DNA of 64,000 nucleotides from Felis catus. Lineage: Eukaryota. Of this stretch, positions 1-13,000 are shown one piece after another. Both the position numbers and the translations under genes were made by a program. The stretch spans positions 51,399,815 to 51,463,814 of the forward strand of contig NC_058368.1 in the NCBI RefSeq assembly GCF_018350175.1. The letters run 5' to 3'. A model generated the notes under the pieces. That model did not search any database and had not been told where the DNA came from. It saw only the letters and a list, made by a program, of their open reading frames with translations. Each line of letters opens with the position of its first letter. Within the stretch, counting starts at the first letter, position 1.

Positions 1-83
1 AATCACTAAAATTAAACATCAAACCAGTTATCAACTACAATTTGCTATCCACTTGCTCTGTGCTTAAACACTGAAAATTTAAA

Positions 84-305
84 TAGCACAGTGGAGAAGT
101 ACTTTTGGGCACTGAAGCCTAAGAGACTTCGACTAGAATCCTGGCTGTACTATTTGCTAGTATGAGGACAACAGGACACTGGGCCTTCTTTAAGTCTTAG
201 CTTTCCCATCTATAAAAAAGCAATAATGATACATTACCTTACAAGGTCCTTATGAGGATTAAGTGAAATAATATATAAAAAGTGCTCAATCAATATTTAC
301 TATTG
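84..305 (+). mobile_element. MIR (ancient SINE) relic; a second, opposite-strand MIR follows at about 340-480
   Basis: MIR core-like text: cttagctttcccatctataaaa...tatgaggattaagtgaaataatatataaaaagtgct. Confidence 0.7.
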
Positions 306-2262
306 TTGCTTTTTAAAAATCAATACAATAATCCAATGATATCAGTATTGTGACTCCACTTTACAGCTGGGAAAACCAAGGCTTAGAAGGGTTAAGTAAC
401 CAGTCAAAAGTAATAAACAGTAGAGCAGTTTTGGAGTTTGATCGAAAATAAGGCTCATGTGTTTTACCACCACCAAATGGCTGACATCTTCAATCTTTTA
501 TAAAAATCAACTAATTAGTTACATAATTAACAAATCTCAAATCTGTGCCTTTTGGATAATTCTAAAAGAGAAAGCAAAGAATTCAATTCAAAGAATTAAA
601 GCTAGTATTCATGGAGGATTTCTAATAGCAAGGAATATATATGTATATACAAACATATATAAAATCAGGAATTATCAATCCTATTTTTAAATAAGGAAAA
701 CTAAAGCCAAAGCGATTATAAAATCTATGAACAGCCATATATCCTAATTAATGACAAATCTGGGATTAAAACTGAGTCCTGATTCAAAAGTTACAAGGGT
801 TACACCATGCCTTTCTAAACAGAAAATAGGTGTAAAATACACACAGATGTTTATCAGTGAGCCTTCGGATTTTCACATTGGTCACTTCAAGCCAGATTTC
901 AAGACTGATCTCCAGAATAATTCAGATGTTCCTAACTAGGAGTACTACAAAACAATGTTTTTCTACGTAAGGGACTAAAGAGCTGAAACAAATGTTAATC
1001 CAGGTATCTGTTTGAAATATGATCATATAGAAACAAATTACTCTGTTTTATGGATCATATGTTAGACTTACTAACATATAACAAGCCTCATATACTCTAG
1101 TTTGACTAATCAAAATTTCCCTGGAACAGGATGGATTCTGTAACCTTCTCTGAATTCCTTTCAATCAGGCAGAAGCTCTCCAACTTTCCATCTTAGAACT
1201 CATTCCTGTTAACAATGAATCCACAGTTGTTAACCTCCACACGCCCATAAAAAAGTCATAGTCTAGGCAATTTTACCTATTACCATCCTATAGTTTCTAC
1301 CACCAATGTATTTAAAGGTAAGCTAGGACACAGCAATTAATATAGTGAATTTCTCCGTGGAAGACAAACAGGGTAAGGAAAAAGAGAAAAATATATGTAT
1401 TAAAAGACTGTGACTGTGGTTCTATATAGCAAGAGTAAAAGCAGTGTATGGTGAGGTGATTAAATGACAGGGACAGTGGGACTAATGGGACAAAGGAAGG
1501 GAGAATTTGTGGGTGTACAGGAATTAGTCAGTGGTAAATCAATACTCCAAATAAAACAGCACCATTTGATATTACTTACTTACACTTTAAATTCATTTTG
1601 GTGGTAAAGAGATGAAACTGTTTCAGTTATAAAACCATAAAACCTGATAAAAAAACATATATGCATACACACAACTGGCTGTATACTGTAATACTACAAG
1701 TAGATCCTTCTGAAGAGGTTGCTACAAATATGCAGTCTGGTTATAAAATAAACCTGCAGCAGTTAAGATGGAACTATTGATGAGTAATTTGTATAGTTAA
1801 TCAATGAGACATTGTAATAAGTCTGTTTTGAATTTGTAACCCTAGCCTTCATTTGGGATTTCATCTTCAAATTCTGCAAAATAAAGATGTTTGGCCATAA
1901 GATAGCAACATGGAGCTGAAAAAGTTTTAAACTGTTTCATGAAATGTGAACATTTAACTTCAGGTAAAGTGCTGGAAAAATTGCACTTTCCAACAACTGG
2001 GGGTTAAAAAAAAAAAAAAAGACACGGAGAAAATCCATTCCAATAGTGGTGTAGTATAAAATATGAGATCAGAGACTCTGGCAATAAGATAGTTTACATA
2101 GAAAGTACATGGTAAATAGCGTTCCATTGATGTAAATATTTATGGCATTATTAGAGCACTCAGTAAATAAAACAATCACAAATTTTACTATGGTTAATCA
2201 CATTAGATTTAAAATATTCTCAATTTTAGTTTCTGTAGAATGTATCTTAAATAGTGCTCTAC

Positions 2263-2322
2263 CTGTGCTTTGGCTAACAACAGGGGTTTTGTTTGTTTGG
2301 TGGTTTTGCTTTGAGTGGCAAA
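2263..2322 (-). CDS. MYCBP2: Candidate alternative cassette exon of MYCBP2 (60 nt, phase 1-1): VCHSKQNHQTNKTPVVSQST
   Basis: Acceptor cctctcttggtttatcag|TT, donor CAG|gtagag; multiple of 3 and stop-free in the frame inherited from exon 18. Confidence 0.55.
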
Positions 2323-3318
2323 CTGATAAACCAAGAGAGGCAAATGTAAATAAAGTGAATTATAATATATTGCATGTGAAAGTTTAAAAATAAAATTAGT
2401 CTATAATTGTTTTGTAGCAAAGGAAAAAAAAAAAACAAGACACAAAACAGAGTAATTTGTCTATATGGATCGCATGTTTTTAAAACTTTCTCTTCTATTT
2501 TGCAGGGTATATCTTGGGCATTTAAGAAAACAGCAACTATTAGTTATACTTGTCACATGCCATGATTCAAGGCAGAATTTATATATAAATTTATAAACTC
2601 TTTGCATTAAATTCTTTCCTGACCTTATAGTTTAAAAGACCCATAGCTATAGTTTAAACAAAAATAAGCTTTTAAAGAAATATTTCTAATTAATGCAGAA
2701 TGATGAGCTCTCAAAGAATTACACAGAAATAGATTCCTAGTCACTCACAGACTTGTTTATTAGATTTCTGATAGTTTTCAAGGACTAGAACAGGCCTACA
2801 TAACTCACTCTTTGCTTACATGTATCACCATTTTTGTGTGCATTGTGAATATAAACTTTAATGTTAAAACAATGGAAAAGCTTAATAGCAGTCAACTCTC
2901 TACCACTTTATACACTGAATTTAGTAATTTTGTTAATTCTAAAGCACACTGCATTTTTAAGAAAAGGACTATAAAATGTCAGATAGCAGTCATCTAAGAG
3001 CAGATAATAAAGGATAAAAAATAGAAAGAAATCATTATTTTTCCACTTTCCCTTAACTTTATGAAATTTGAAAAGAAATGGGAAAGAAAAAGATACACCA
3101 TAAAATGTCTTCTTTATTAAAGTTAACAAATAAAAAGAAATAAGATTGACAGTCATTGACAAACAGTACAACTTTCAGCATGTTCTTTCTCCTCAGGCTA
3201 TATAATGATAGAAGCAAAGTAGAAGAATTAGGTTTGTGCATTTTCCCAGAGACAAAATTCAAATGAGTGGAGGAAACGGGGGAAGTATCCCACCTAATTG
3301 ATAAGGAAGACCAAATAC

Positions 3319-3426
3319 CTTTGTGCTTGTCCCGTTTATGCTTTAGCTGAGCTGGATGGGATCTGAGTCTGGCTAGAGCCTGTTCTCGATGGTTCATAAA
3401 AATAGGACCAGCAAATACAAGGGGGC
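3319..3426 (-). CDS. MYCBP2: MYCBP2 exon 18 (108 nt, phase 1-1): (G)[35 protein letters not shown]
   Basis: Acceptor tttctcctcag|GC, donor AAG|gtattt; inside ORF 3059..3541(-). Confidence 0.95.
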
Positions 3427-4024
3427 CTGAGGAGAAACATTTTGTATGTGCATAGAAAAGCTCACAAAATGAAAACACTACAATGAACAAAAATAATTCA
3501 AAGTAAAAGTATGGAAATTTATTCTTTACTGTTTTAGACATTATACTTGTCTCCCAATTCCCCCACGTTAACTTCCTCCACCCCCAATAATAACCTATTC
3601 ACCATGCCACAGACAAGTTTTAACATCTGAAATACAGTTGATAAAGTATAATTTCTATCTTTTATATTCATAAAAGTATCATGTAGCTCCTAAGTCTCAA
3701 GTATATAATCAGAAAGTTCAATTAAATCAAATTATCTTATAAATACTTTTAATATCATATATATTCAAACTTAGTAAACCAAACATTCATTGAAAACAAA
3801 CATTTCTCCAATTAAAATACAAAACCAACTAATTTTTAAAAAATTAAATTTTAACAGTCTTCAAGATTTAAAATCCACATCAGTCTTCCTACAAAACCAA
3901 GAAAAATGTTATCGGCTTAATACATTCTGTCATAGAGGTAAGAAATCAAGAAAGCAAAAAACAAAACCAAACCAAAAATTAGTATGATCTGATATGTACA
4001 TATACACATACGGACACACATTTG

Positions 4025-4062
<38 letters not shown>

Positions 4063-7000
4063 AAATCACTACTTTATGAAGTCAGCATTATAGAAGATAT
4101 ATATAATCTTCTAAAAAGAATAAATCTAACTATATGTGACTTCTGTTAACCACATACACAAAATCAGAAACAAGGATAAGCTGAGCTTCAGATTGATGCT
4201 GAAGAGGGGAAGCTAACCCAAGTAACATTTTGGAACACTAACCATTCTCTGATAAAGTAATTTCTTTCTGAAGTTCCACTATGTACACAAATACACATAT
4301 ACAAATGCACATTCATACAGATTATAGTTATTTCCACTTATATCCAAGAAAATAACCAATAGCAAAATTAATTTTAATAAAAATAAAATTTAAAATTTGT
4401 TTTTCCTTATTATCATTTAGCTTGAAAAGAATGGAAAACTTTAAATTATATCTTAAAATTTTAGTTCTTATAGAACTACACATTCTTTGAGTTTGAGCAA
4501 CATCAAAAATGCCTGCAAATTCCAAAATACTCTACATTTGACCGTTAAGAAGTTACCAGTATATGAAAAAGGAACTGACAGTATATAAGCACTGAATGTT
4601 TTTAATTAAAGCCAGTTTTTTCTTGATTCTCTGTATCTCTTCAGCTATAATTATTTTTTCTAGCAACGGAACAATATAAAACTATTGCCCTATTATAAAA
4701 TTCGACACCAAAGCACCCTTCATCAAATATTAAAAAATGGGTAGGAAAAATAAATTTTAATTATGTCTCAAGATACAGATAAAAATGCAAGCAGCACCAA
4801 TTCTATGAAAAACCAAGAATAACATATTCTATGATCACTATAGGTAGAAATATGCTAATTTAAAGTTAATAGAAAAATTAAATATTATTTTCTAGTAATG
4901 CAGTAGCAATTATTTTCAAGCTAAGATTATACAAATATGAACAAAATGTCTTACTTCTTCAACAAGCATTCATTTTCAATTAATTTACTAAAGCAAAGAA
5001 TATAAATCACTCTAAAAAGCATTAACACACTTTCCAACTACCCAAATGAATTATAAATATCAAAATAACAGTAATATTAAGTTATATTACCTTTTTTTGA
5101 ATTCTATGATTTGCTTGGGATATTTGTCTTCCCATAAAAATATTACATCCATAATATTCATAGTTTTTGAGCTTCTCACTAAATTCAATATTTTTAGAAT
5201 CTTTTCATATAAAAATTTAGAAGGGTCATGGGCAATCACACCAGAAAGTATACCATTTGAGCTCAATTTAAATCACTGTTTATAATACCAGACTACCAGG
5301 TTCTAAAATACTCTTATGTCCCATGGACTAAAATAATTTTTTGTATAACCATAGTTCAGTCATTCACTTATTTGCCATTTTTTTATCTTTAATGTAATAG
5401 ATACCAGGTATCATGTATCATGAATATCATGACAAAGAGATCTCAGAATTCAGTCCATTAGGGAAGAAAGAAATAAAAACGAAGAAAATGTTTGATAAAG
5501 GAAATCCATACACATCCTGAAGGATGAAAAGTGATCACTCAACTTGGATGAAAGAATGAGAAAAAGTTTGCCAAGAGAGAAGGAAGAGAGGACATTTCAG
5601 GCAAAAGAAACAGGATTTGTAAAAGCATTCAGAGATTAAACAATATTGTACAGTCATTAAAAACACACCTAGCTGAAATGGATGGAATATAGAGTTATGA
5701 AGCAGAAAATGGTGGGAAATGAGTTTGGAGATACATATAATAATTAAAGTCTTTTTCTACCATGAAACTTTATTGTAAAGGTGATGAGAACTCCCTGAAA
5801 TGTTTTCAATTAGTCAACAAAGACATACTAGTACTGAACAATTTCATGCACCACACTAAGTCCTGGGAACTCTTGGAAAAACAAGATACTATCTCTGCTT
5901 TAAGCAGGTAAGAGTTTATGCTCAGCTCAAGAAGAAATTATGACCGTGTGCTATGACAAAATTAAGCACACTGAAGGGGGTAGCCAGCAAACCTTAAGGA
6001 TGGGCATGCAGGGAGTTTCAGGGTACAAGAAAATTATGCATAAGCTGACACCTAATAAAAGCAGTAGTAGTACTACTACAAAGGTTCATAGATGTGGGGG
6101 GGGGGGGGAAATGGGGGTAGGGAACAGAAAAAAGGAGTAAAGAGAGAGGCTTTATACATTTTAATTTAAAAAGGGACTTTCATATAACATTGAAAGATCA
6201 GCTAATATTGGATTTAATATGTCAAATCAAGAAAACTTAATAGTTTTAGGGGCTTAAAAATCAATAGCAACCCCAACTCAATTACTCTGAAATTAGACTA
6301 ACTATAATAGATTTGTTTTTACATTCCAACTTGTAACTATAACAAACTAATTTTTCTTCCTTATCAAAATGGAATCTGTTTTATTCTACAGAAGCTGTGG
6401 GAGTTTTGTTAATAATAACCAAAGTTTTGTGATTAGCATCCCAATGTCGTGAGAAAAGCAATCAAGTCAAGGCCAGGGCAAAAAGAATCAAATCCAAAGA
6501 AAATACAAGTCCACTAAATAGCCCAACTCCACTAGCATCATCATTATCATTACCATTATCATCATTATCAAACACTTACTTTGGGCTTAGTCTATGTAAG
6601 GTATTTTCATGTATATCATTTAATCTTCATTAACATCCCTACTCAGGTATGTACAGTTGTCACCCTCATTTTAAAGGTAAGGAAGTGAAGGTTCAGAGTG
6701 ATTAAACTCCAGGGTTATCTATCCCCAGCAAAACTTAAGAAGCCAGGATCTGAACCAAAGCCTAACATCAGAATGTATACTCTGAACTGCCATGCTATAC
6801 AGCCTTGCTAACCACATAACCTGTTATCAAAGTGAAACTCTACTGAGAGTTAAGAGGGCCTGGACAGTCAGCACAAAATGGGACTGCCAGGCAAGCCAGG
6901 ACATAAGCTCACCCCATCTACAGCTCACAATTTTGAAAGTTTGATGACATTTAGGGGAGAAGAAAGAAGGAAAAATATCCAACATTATTTGAGCTTAGTT

Positions 7001-10000
7001 TTCCCTACAATAGAGCACTGAGAAGGAATATAAAGATAAGATCACTGACACAACCACCCAGAAGTTCTTCTGATGAATTAGAGTTCTACTTAAAAATTCC
7101 ATGGACGAGCATCTCACCTATAAAGTTAAAATAAGACTCAGAAAATTTAAATTATCAATCAACCCTGTATAAACTAAAAAGCTTTAAAAATTGTCACAAA
7201 TGTCACTGAAACAAAAGCAAATGAATATACTGGTACCTAAGAATAATACATTTAAGAAAAATATCATCTAAAAGAATAATATAAAAAATATAAAGACAAA
7301 GTTCTAAAATAATAAAAATGCAGTAATAACGCTGCTCTTTCAGGTTTCAATAGCATATTCCATTATAGAAGACGACGTTATAAACAGCAGCTAAATTACA
7401 TCAATAGGCCTGAGTCTGAGCCAAGTTTTTTTGTTTTTGTTTTAGTTTTTTTTTTTTTTTAGTGTTTATTTATTTCTGAGACAGAGACAGAGCCTGAGCG
7501 GGGGAGGGGCAAAGAGAGAGGGAGACACAGAATCCGAAGCAGGCTCCAGGCTCTGAGCTGTCAGCACAGAGCCCGACATAGGGCCTGAACTCACGAACCC
7601 GTGAGATCATGACCTGAGCTGAAGTCGGATGCTTAACCGACTGAGCCAACCAGGCGCCCCTGAGCCAAGTTTTAATGTAAGAACTAGGTTCTAAAATTCT
7701 GATCAACTTTGAAATAACACAAACTTGATAAATAGGATGGGACAGATGAATCAAGTAAAATAATTCATTATAATCTAATCCTGAAGTTCTGAAATTTCAA
7801 CACAAGTAAAAGACAATTACTAATGAGTATAATTACTAACATCACTAAACTGTTAGTATCTAAAACGTACTAAGCAAAGGCTAAGGAAAAAAAACCCACA
7901 GGTATGTGTGGCAGTTGGAACACTAAAAATTTATTTGGCATTCCTCCTCCTTGTGAAGACAAAACAAGACAAACTATTCTCTGTAGCTCCTTAAGCAGAA
8001 TGCAGAAATTGTGACCCAGGCCCAGGTATTCTGATGTAGAAGGTCCCTGGAGCAGTTCTCACACTTTAACACACACAGAATTACCTGGTAAGCTTGTTCA
8101 AACAGTTTGCTGGGCTCTGCTCCCTGAATTTCTGATTCAGTAGGTCTGACGTGGGTTTGAGAACAGGCAATTGTAATAAGTGCCCAGTGATGCTGGTCTC
8201 TTTGAGACCACTTTGAGAACCACTGCCCTAACATAATGAAAACAGCACAGTACCTGAAAGGGATTGCTCTATCCAATTAAAATAAAAATATTTTTTAAAA
8301 AGTAAAGGTAACGTTTAAATGACTTAGAACTAGTCTTTATTATTTTTTTAAGAAACAATGGCCTAAGTTTTAAAACATAACTCTTAGATTATCTAAAAAA
8401 CACTGTAAAGAACAAAATACAAAATCACCTGTAAACTTACTTTTCAGGAACTAAAACACTACTAACATTTTGGTATTTACCTTTCTAGCTTTTTTCCTAT
8501 GCAAGTGTGGGTATATTTCTGTGTATATTTTGTTTTCTTATAAAAATATGTCTTTCCTATAAAATTTCTGATAATGATATGCTGGGAAAGAATATAAAGA
8601 TAATATAAAAGTATCATATCAACATACTGGTTTTAAATTATTTAATATGGTATATGAATTTTCTAAAATAATTGAATATGAAACTGAAGTTTGACTTTTT
8701 ATTTTTACTTTTTGAGAGAGAGAGAGACCACGGGTGCAGGGGAGGGGAGAGAGAGAGAGGGAGAGAATCTTAAGCAGGCTCCACACTCAGCGCAGAGCCC
8801 CATGCAGGACTCCATCTCACGACCATGAGATCATGACCTGAGCTGAAATCAAGAGCTGGACACTCAACTGACTAAGCCACTCAAGTTCCCCTGAAGTCTG
8901 ACTTTTAAAAAGGGGGTACAAAGTTGAAATTCTTATTTAAAAGTGTTTTTACAAAATAAAACTTCTAAGCATGCTTCTCTCTGCACTGTACTATGTTAAA
9001 TGAAACACATGTGGATTGTAACTATGTCCTCACTGCATGATTCCATAGTAACCATGGTGACTGTGCAAAGCAAGGACATGAATATGCACAAATTTCAGTA
9101 GCATGTAAGGCAATGAATGCCATAATTAAGGTCCATAATGAAGATCCTAACCCATCAAGAAAAGATATTTACTATATATTGCATTTTAACAGAAATAAAA
9201 GAAGATCGTATGTGTAAGAAAAGAGCTCATCCAAAAAATAAAAACAAACTTTTTGTGCACCAATAATCTGAAGAAGTCTTTCTATATACTGAGGACTGCA
9301 GATGAAATGGAATTGTCAGAAAAGATACATGAACTGCCTATAACATAAATCTGTGTTTGTAAAATCAAACATAGTAATATAATTCCTGTAAATATCTAAA
9401 TAATGGAGTTTTTAAACCTTTAAAAGATTAGAATTTATGTTTTTAAGGTCTGTGACACATCTTAAAATAAACAGCAGGGGGCACCTGGGTGGCTCAGTTG
9501 GTTAAGTGTCTAACTCTTGATTTCGGCTCAGGTCATGATCTCAGGGATTGTGAGTTTGAGCCCCATGTCGGGCTCCGAGATGATAGTGCAGAGCCTGCTT
9601 GGGATTCTCTCTCACACTCTCTCTCTCTCTGCCTCTCCCCTGCTGGTGCTCTCTCTCTTTCTCTCTCTCAAAATAAATAATAAACTTTAAAAAATAAATA
9701 AATGGCAAAAGAACATTCTGCAATCACAAAATTTTGTTGAACTAATGCATAATCAGTGTTCTTTTACTTCTATTATGCAGAGATACACTAGCTAGAGAAA
9801 AATAGTTTTACAGAAGGAGAAAATTATCACAATACTTTTGTGTTAATTTGCTATACTTTGGTTGATACATAGGAAATTGCTGGTTTTTGTAGGTCAAGTC
9901 ATATGGATTCAAGCTAATATTTCCCAAAAAACACAAAGCAGGTTGTAAAAAGATGCATTGATAATTATCCTTAAACAAACCATATAACTAACATAAAAGA

Positions 10001-13000
10001 AATTAGCACTCAATTACTATGTCATAAAGACCTACAACTTAAATTTTACCCTATTTTCTATAAAACATTTAATATGTAATTTCCCAAATATTTATATACT
10101 GTAAATAATGCCAGTATATACATTCTCATTAACATAAATTGCTTTGAAAGTAATGATTTTATATAAACACGGCCAAACAGCAAATATTCCTGTGTCAACT
10201 AATCAATATTGTTTATCAGATCAGATATAATGAACAATCTTCAAGTTCCAAGTATGTTTTATAACTTAAGTTTAATCAAAATAAAATTTATACATGTGTG
10301 CTATATATATATATATTTTATGACTTTCTCCATTTTACATTAAAAAAAAGTGCCTAGAAAAAAAATCTGTAATGGCGGTTAAATGGATAATTGGTTTTAT
10401 CTCATGTATCAAATCATGTCATTTCTAATAAGCATTTAAAATACACAATATCAGTAAATATTTCCAGTCAAGATTTTGTCCAGCAGAGGAATAAAAATCA
10501 CAGATCTCTGTAACCATCTGTCTCAATCCTACAAAGAAAAGATTCTACTGGGCAACAACAGCTCTAGTGATATTTATATTTATCTCTGCTTGTTGAATGT
10601 ATACTAAACTATCTATTATAACCACAGTGAAATGTATTTTCAGGCTGCGAACTGGTCATAAACAATGAGGAAAAGAGAAACAATAGATCTATCTTTCCAA
10701 TTAAAACCTGCAAACTCTCCAATTTACCCTTCTTGTTCATAACTAGAATAAGATTTTTTCAAAAAAGACATACATAAGCATAATGATGCGCTGGATTGAA
10801 AGAAGAACGTTGGGAACATGCTCAAATGATAATGATCATAGACAACTAAGAAAACAGAAACTAAAATACTATTATTAAGTTAATTTGTTGTTCATGGTTA
10901 AATAACAACCATGAGTCCAAACTCTGGGTAAAACATCAGTTTTTAAAGTTCATATATTTTTTTTAAAGTTGCCATTGCTAAAGACAGATGGCACAATTCT
11001 TAATATGGTTGTCTTACTCTATAAATGCTCTATTGATTAGCACAACTTTAAATACCCTGAATATTTTTTGTACTATTTTCATGAGTTACTATAAACTTTT
11101 CAGTGGTCTCAGGATAGGGTAAGAAAATTGATGCAGCTCCATCTTACCTCTTCCTTCCTCTAATCTGTGTCTCCTGATTACACGCTGTCTTTTTTCTTCT
11201 TGTCGTAACTGAAGGTGTTCTTCAATGTTAACCCCAGGCACTGGGACAGCTAGATGATTTACCAAACAAAAACAAAACAAAACAAAACAACACATATAGA
11301 CAGATACAATAATAATTATGAGAGAACTATGCGAAATTCAAGAAAGTAAAAGCTAACAAAACACCAATGAAAACACAAATTATTTTTACTCGAAGAATCT
11401 TAGCAAAAAAGAGGAAAAGAACCTTATCCTTTAATTAATGACATACTGTCAGTTACCATACAAGCAGTACTGAATAGTTAACTATTAATTTTTTAACATA
11501 TACTAATATAAATTGTTTAATTACTAAACTGATGTATAGTACAAGATATAGGACAAGATGTATAGCACAATCCATCAAATTACCTAACAGAAGATCTAAA
11601 GGTATCATTTCTTTCACAGCATCAAGAATTCCTCTTTGTCTTGCCTCCTGACCATCCAACTCTCTTGCACATGCCTTGCAACACCCACACACAGCACAGC
11701 CAGATTCTCCGGAACCACAACCACAGATCCTTTAAAAAAAGAAAAAAAAGTACCTGAAATCCTTCTACTCTTTCCTTAAAACTCTTTTCTAGAACCATCT
11801 TTTCTGCGTTTTTGAAATTAAGTTACTTGAGTCAGCAATGAAATCACTCCTTCAGATCAGGATGTGCCAGTTTTAAAGAACTGAATAGGTATAAATAGAC
11901 GGAATAACAAAAAAACAAGATTTAGGGGTGCCAGGGTAGTTCAGCCAGTTAAATGTCTAACTCTTGGTTTCGGCTCAGGTCATCATCTCACGGTTTGTGA
12001 GTTCGAGCCCTAGGTCAGGCTTTGTGCTGACAGTGTGGAGCCTGCTTGGGATTCTCGCTCTCTCCCTTTCTCTCTGCCTCTCTCCTACTCTCACATGCTC
12101 TTTCTCTCTCTCTCTCAAAATAAATAAATAAAGTTAAAAAAAAAAAAAAAAAACCCAAGAGTTTATTAAGCTCCTCATGGGTATAACTGGTATCTTCCTA
12201 CAGAAAATACAAATGGATTCTGCTATCTTCAAAACCACTATTAACAAATATTTTTAAGTTATCACAATTAGTAAAGCACCAGCAGTTTACTATTAAATGG
12301 TCTGGATGAGTTAGTTGGTTACCAAACAACACTATTCTCCATCAAGTAACTTAAGGAATGTGTGGATAGCCATCAATAAGTGAACCCAGCTTGCCAGCTT
12401 CATACATTACGTCTCCTTTTCCCTCCCTTCTTTATATGCCATCATCTCTCATTCTCTCCTCTTACTGTGTCCAATTACCTGTTTTTTTCCTTCTTCTTTG
12501 TCTTTTTTCTTATCAGTTGTGAACTAAGTGTATGACATTTGATTACTACACAAGGAAGACTAGAACACTCCCAGAAGTTGGCTACAGGGTCAGTGAACAA
12601 CTAACTTCTTAGTCACATATTTCATAGAAACCCTGTGAAACTCCTGGGTTTAAAATGCAAGCAGTACCGACATTTTGGAGGATCACTAACCATTGGAGTA
12701 AAAACTGATGAACCAGTATGCCCTACAGAATTGTCTGTGGGAATGGTTTCAAAGATAATGTGGCATTCTAAATTTATTCTAAGATATACAGTCACAATTT
12801 TATAATAATTTGAAGTCATTTTTAATGGTGCAGAGTGTCCTGGCATATAGTCCTATAGTGATTTTATTTCATTTATTCATTTCTGCCTCATTAATAAAGA
12901 AACTATTGTATTTGGTTAGATACTGTCCATTTAGGTCTATAAATTATTGGAAACTGATAGTAAATCTCTGGGGAAAAGCACATAAAGAATAATAACTAAT

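Noticed and set aside
1318..3196. Plus-strand splice-like sites (donors at 1318 and 1373, acceptors at 2505 and 3196) suggesting an antisense transcript
   Set aside because: No promoter, ORF or coherent exon pairing; such motifs are frequent by chance in AT-rich DNA.
3059..3541. 160-aa ORF as a standalone gene
   Set aside because: Only 3319-3426 is MYCBP2 exon 18; the rest is intronic read-through.
4243..4248. 6-nt AG|AGAATG|GTTAGT microexon-like pattern on the minus strand
   Set aside because: Weak pyrimidine tract, and too short to distinguish from chance.
10400..10528. Strong acceptor cttttctttgtag followed by a short open frame
   Set aside because: No credible donor before the stop codon.
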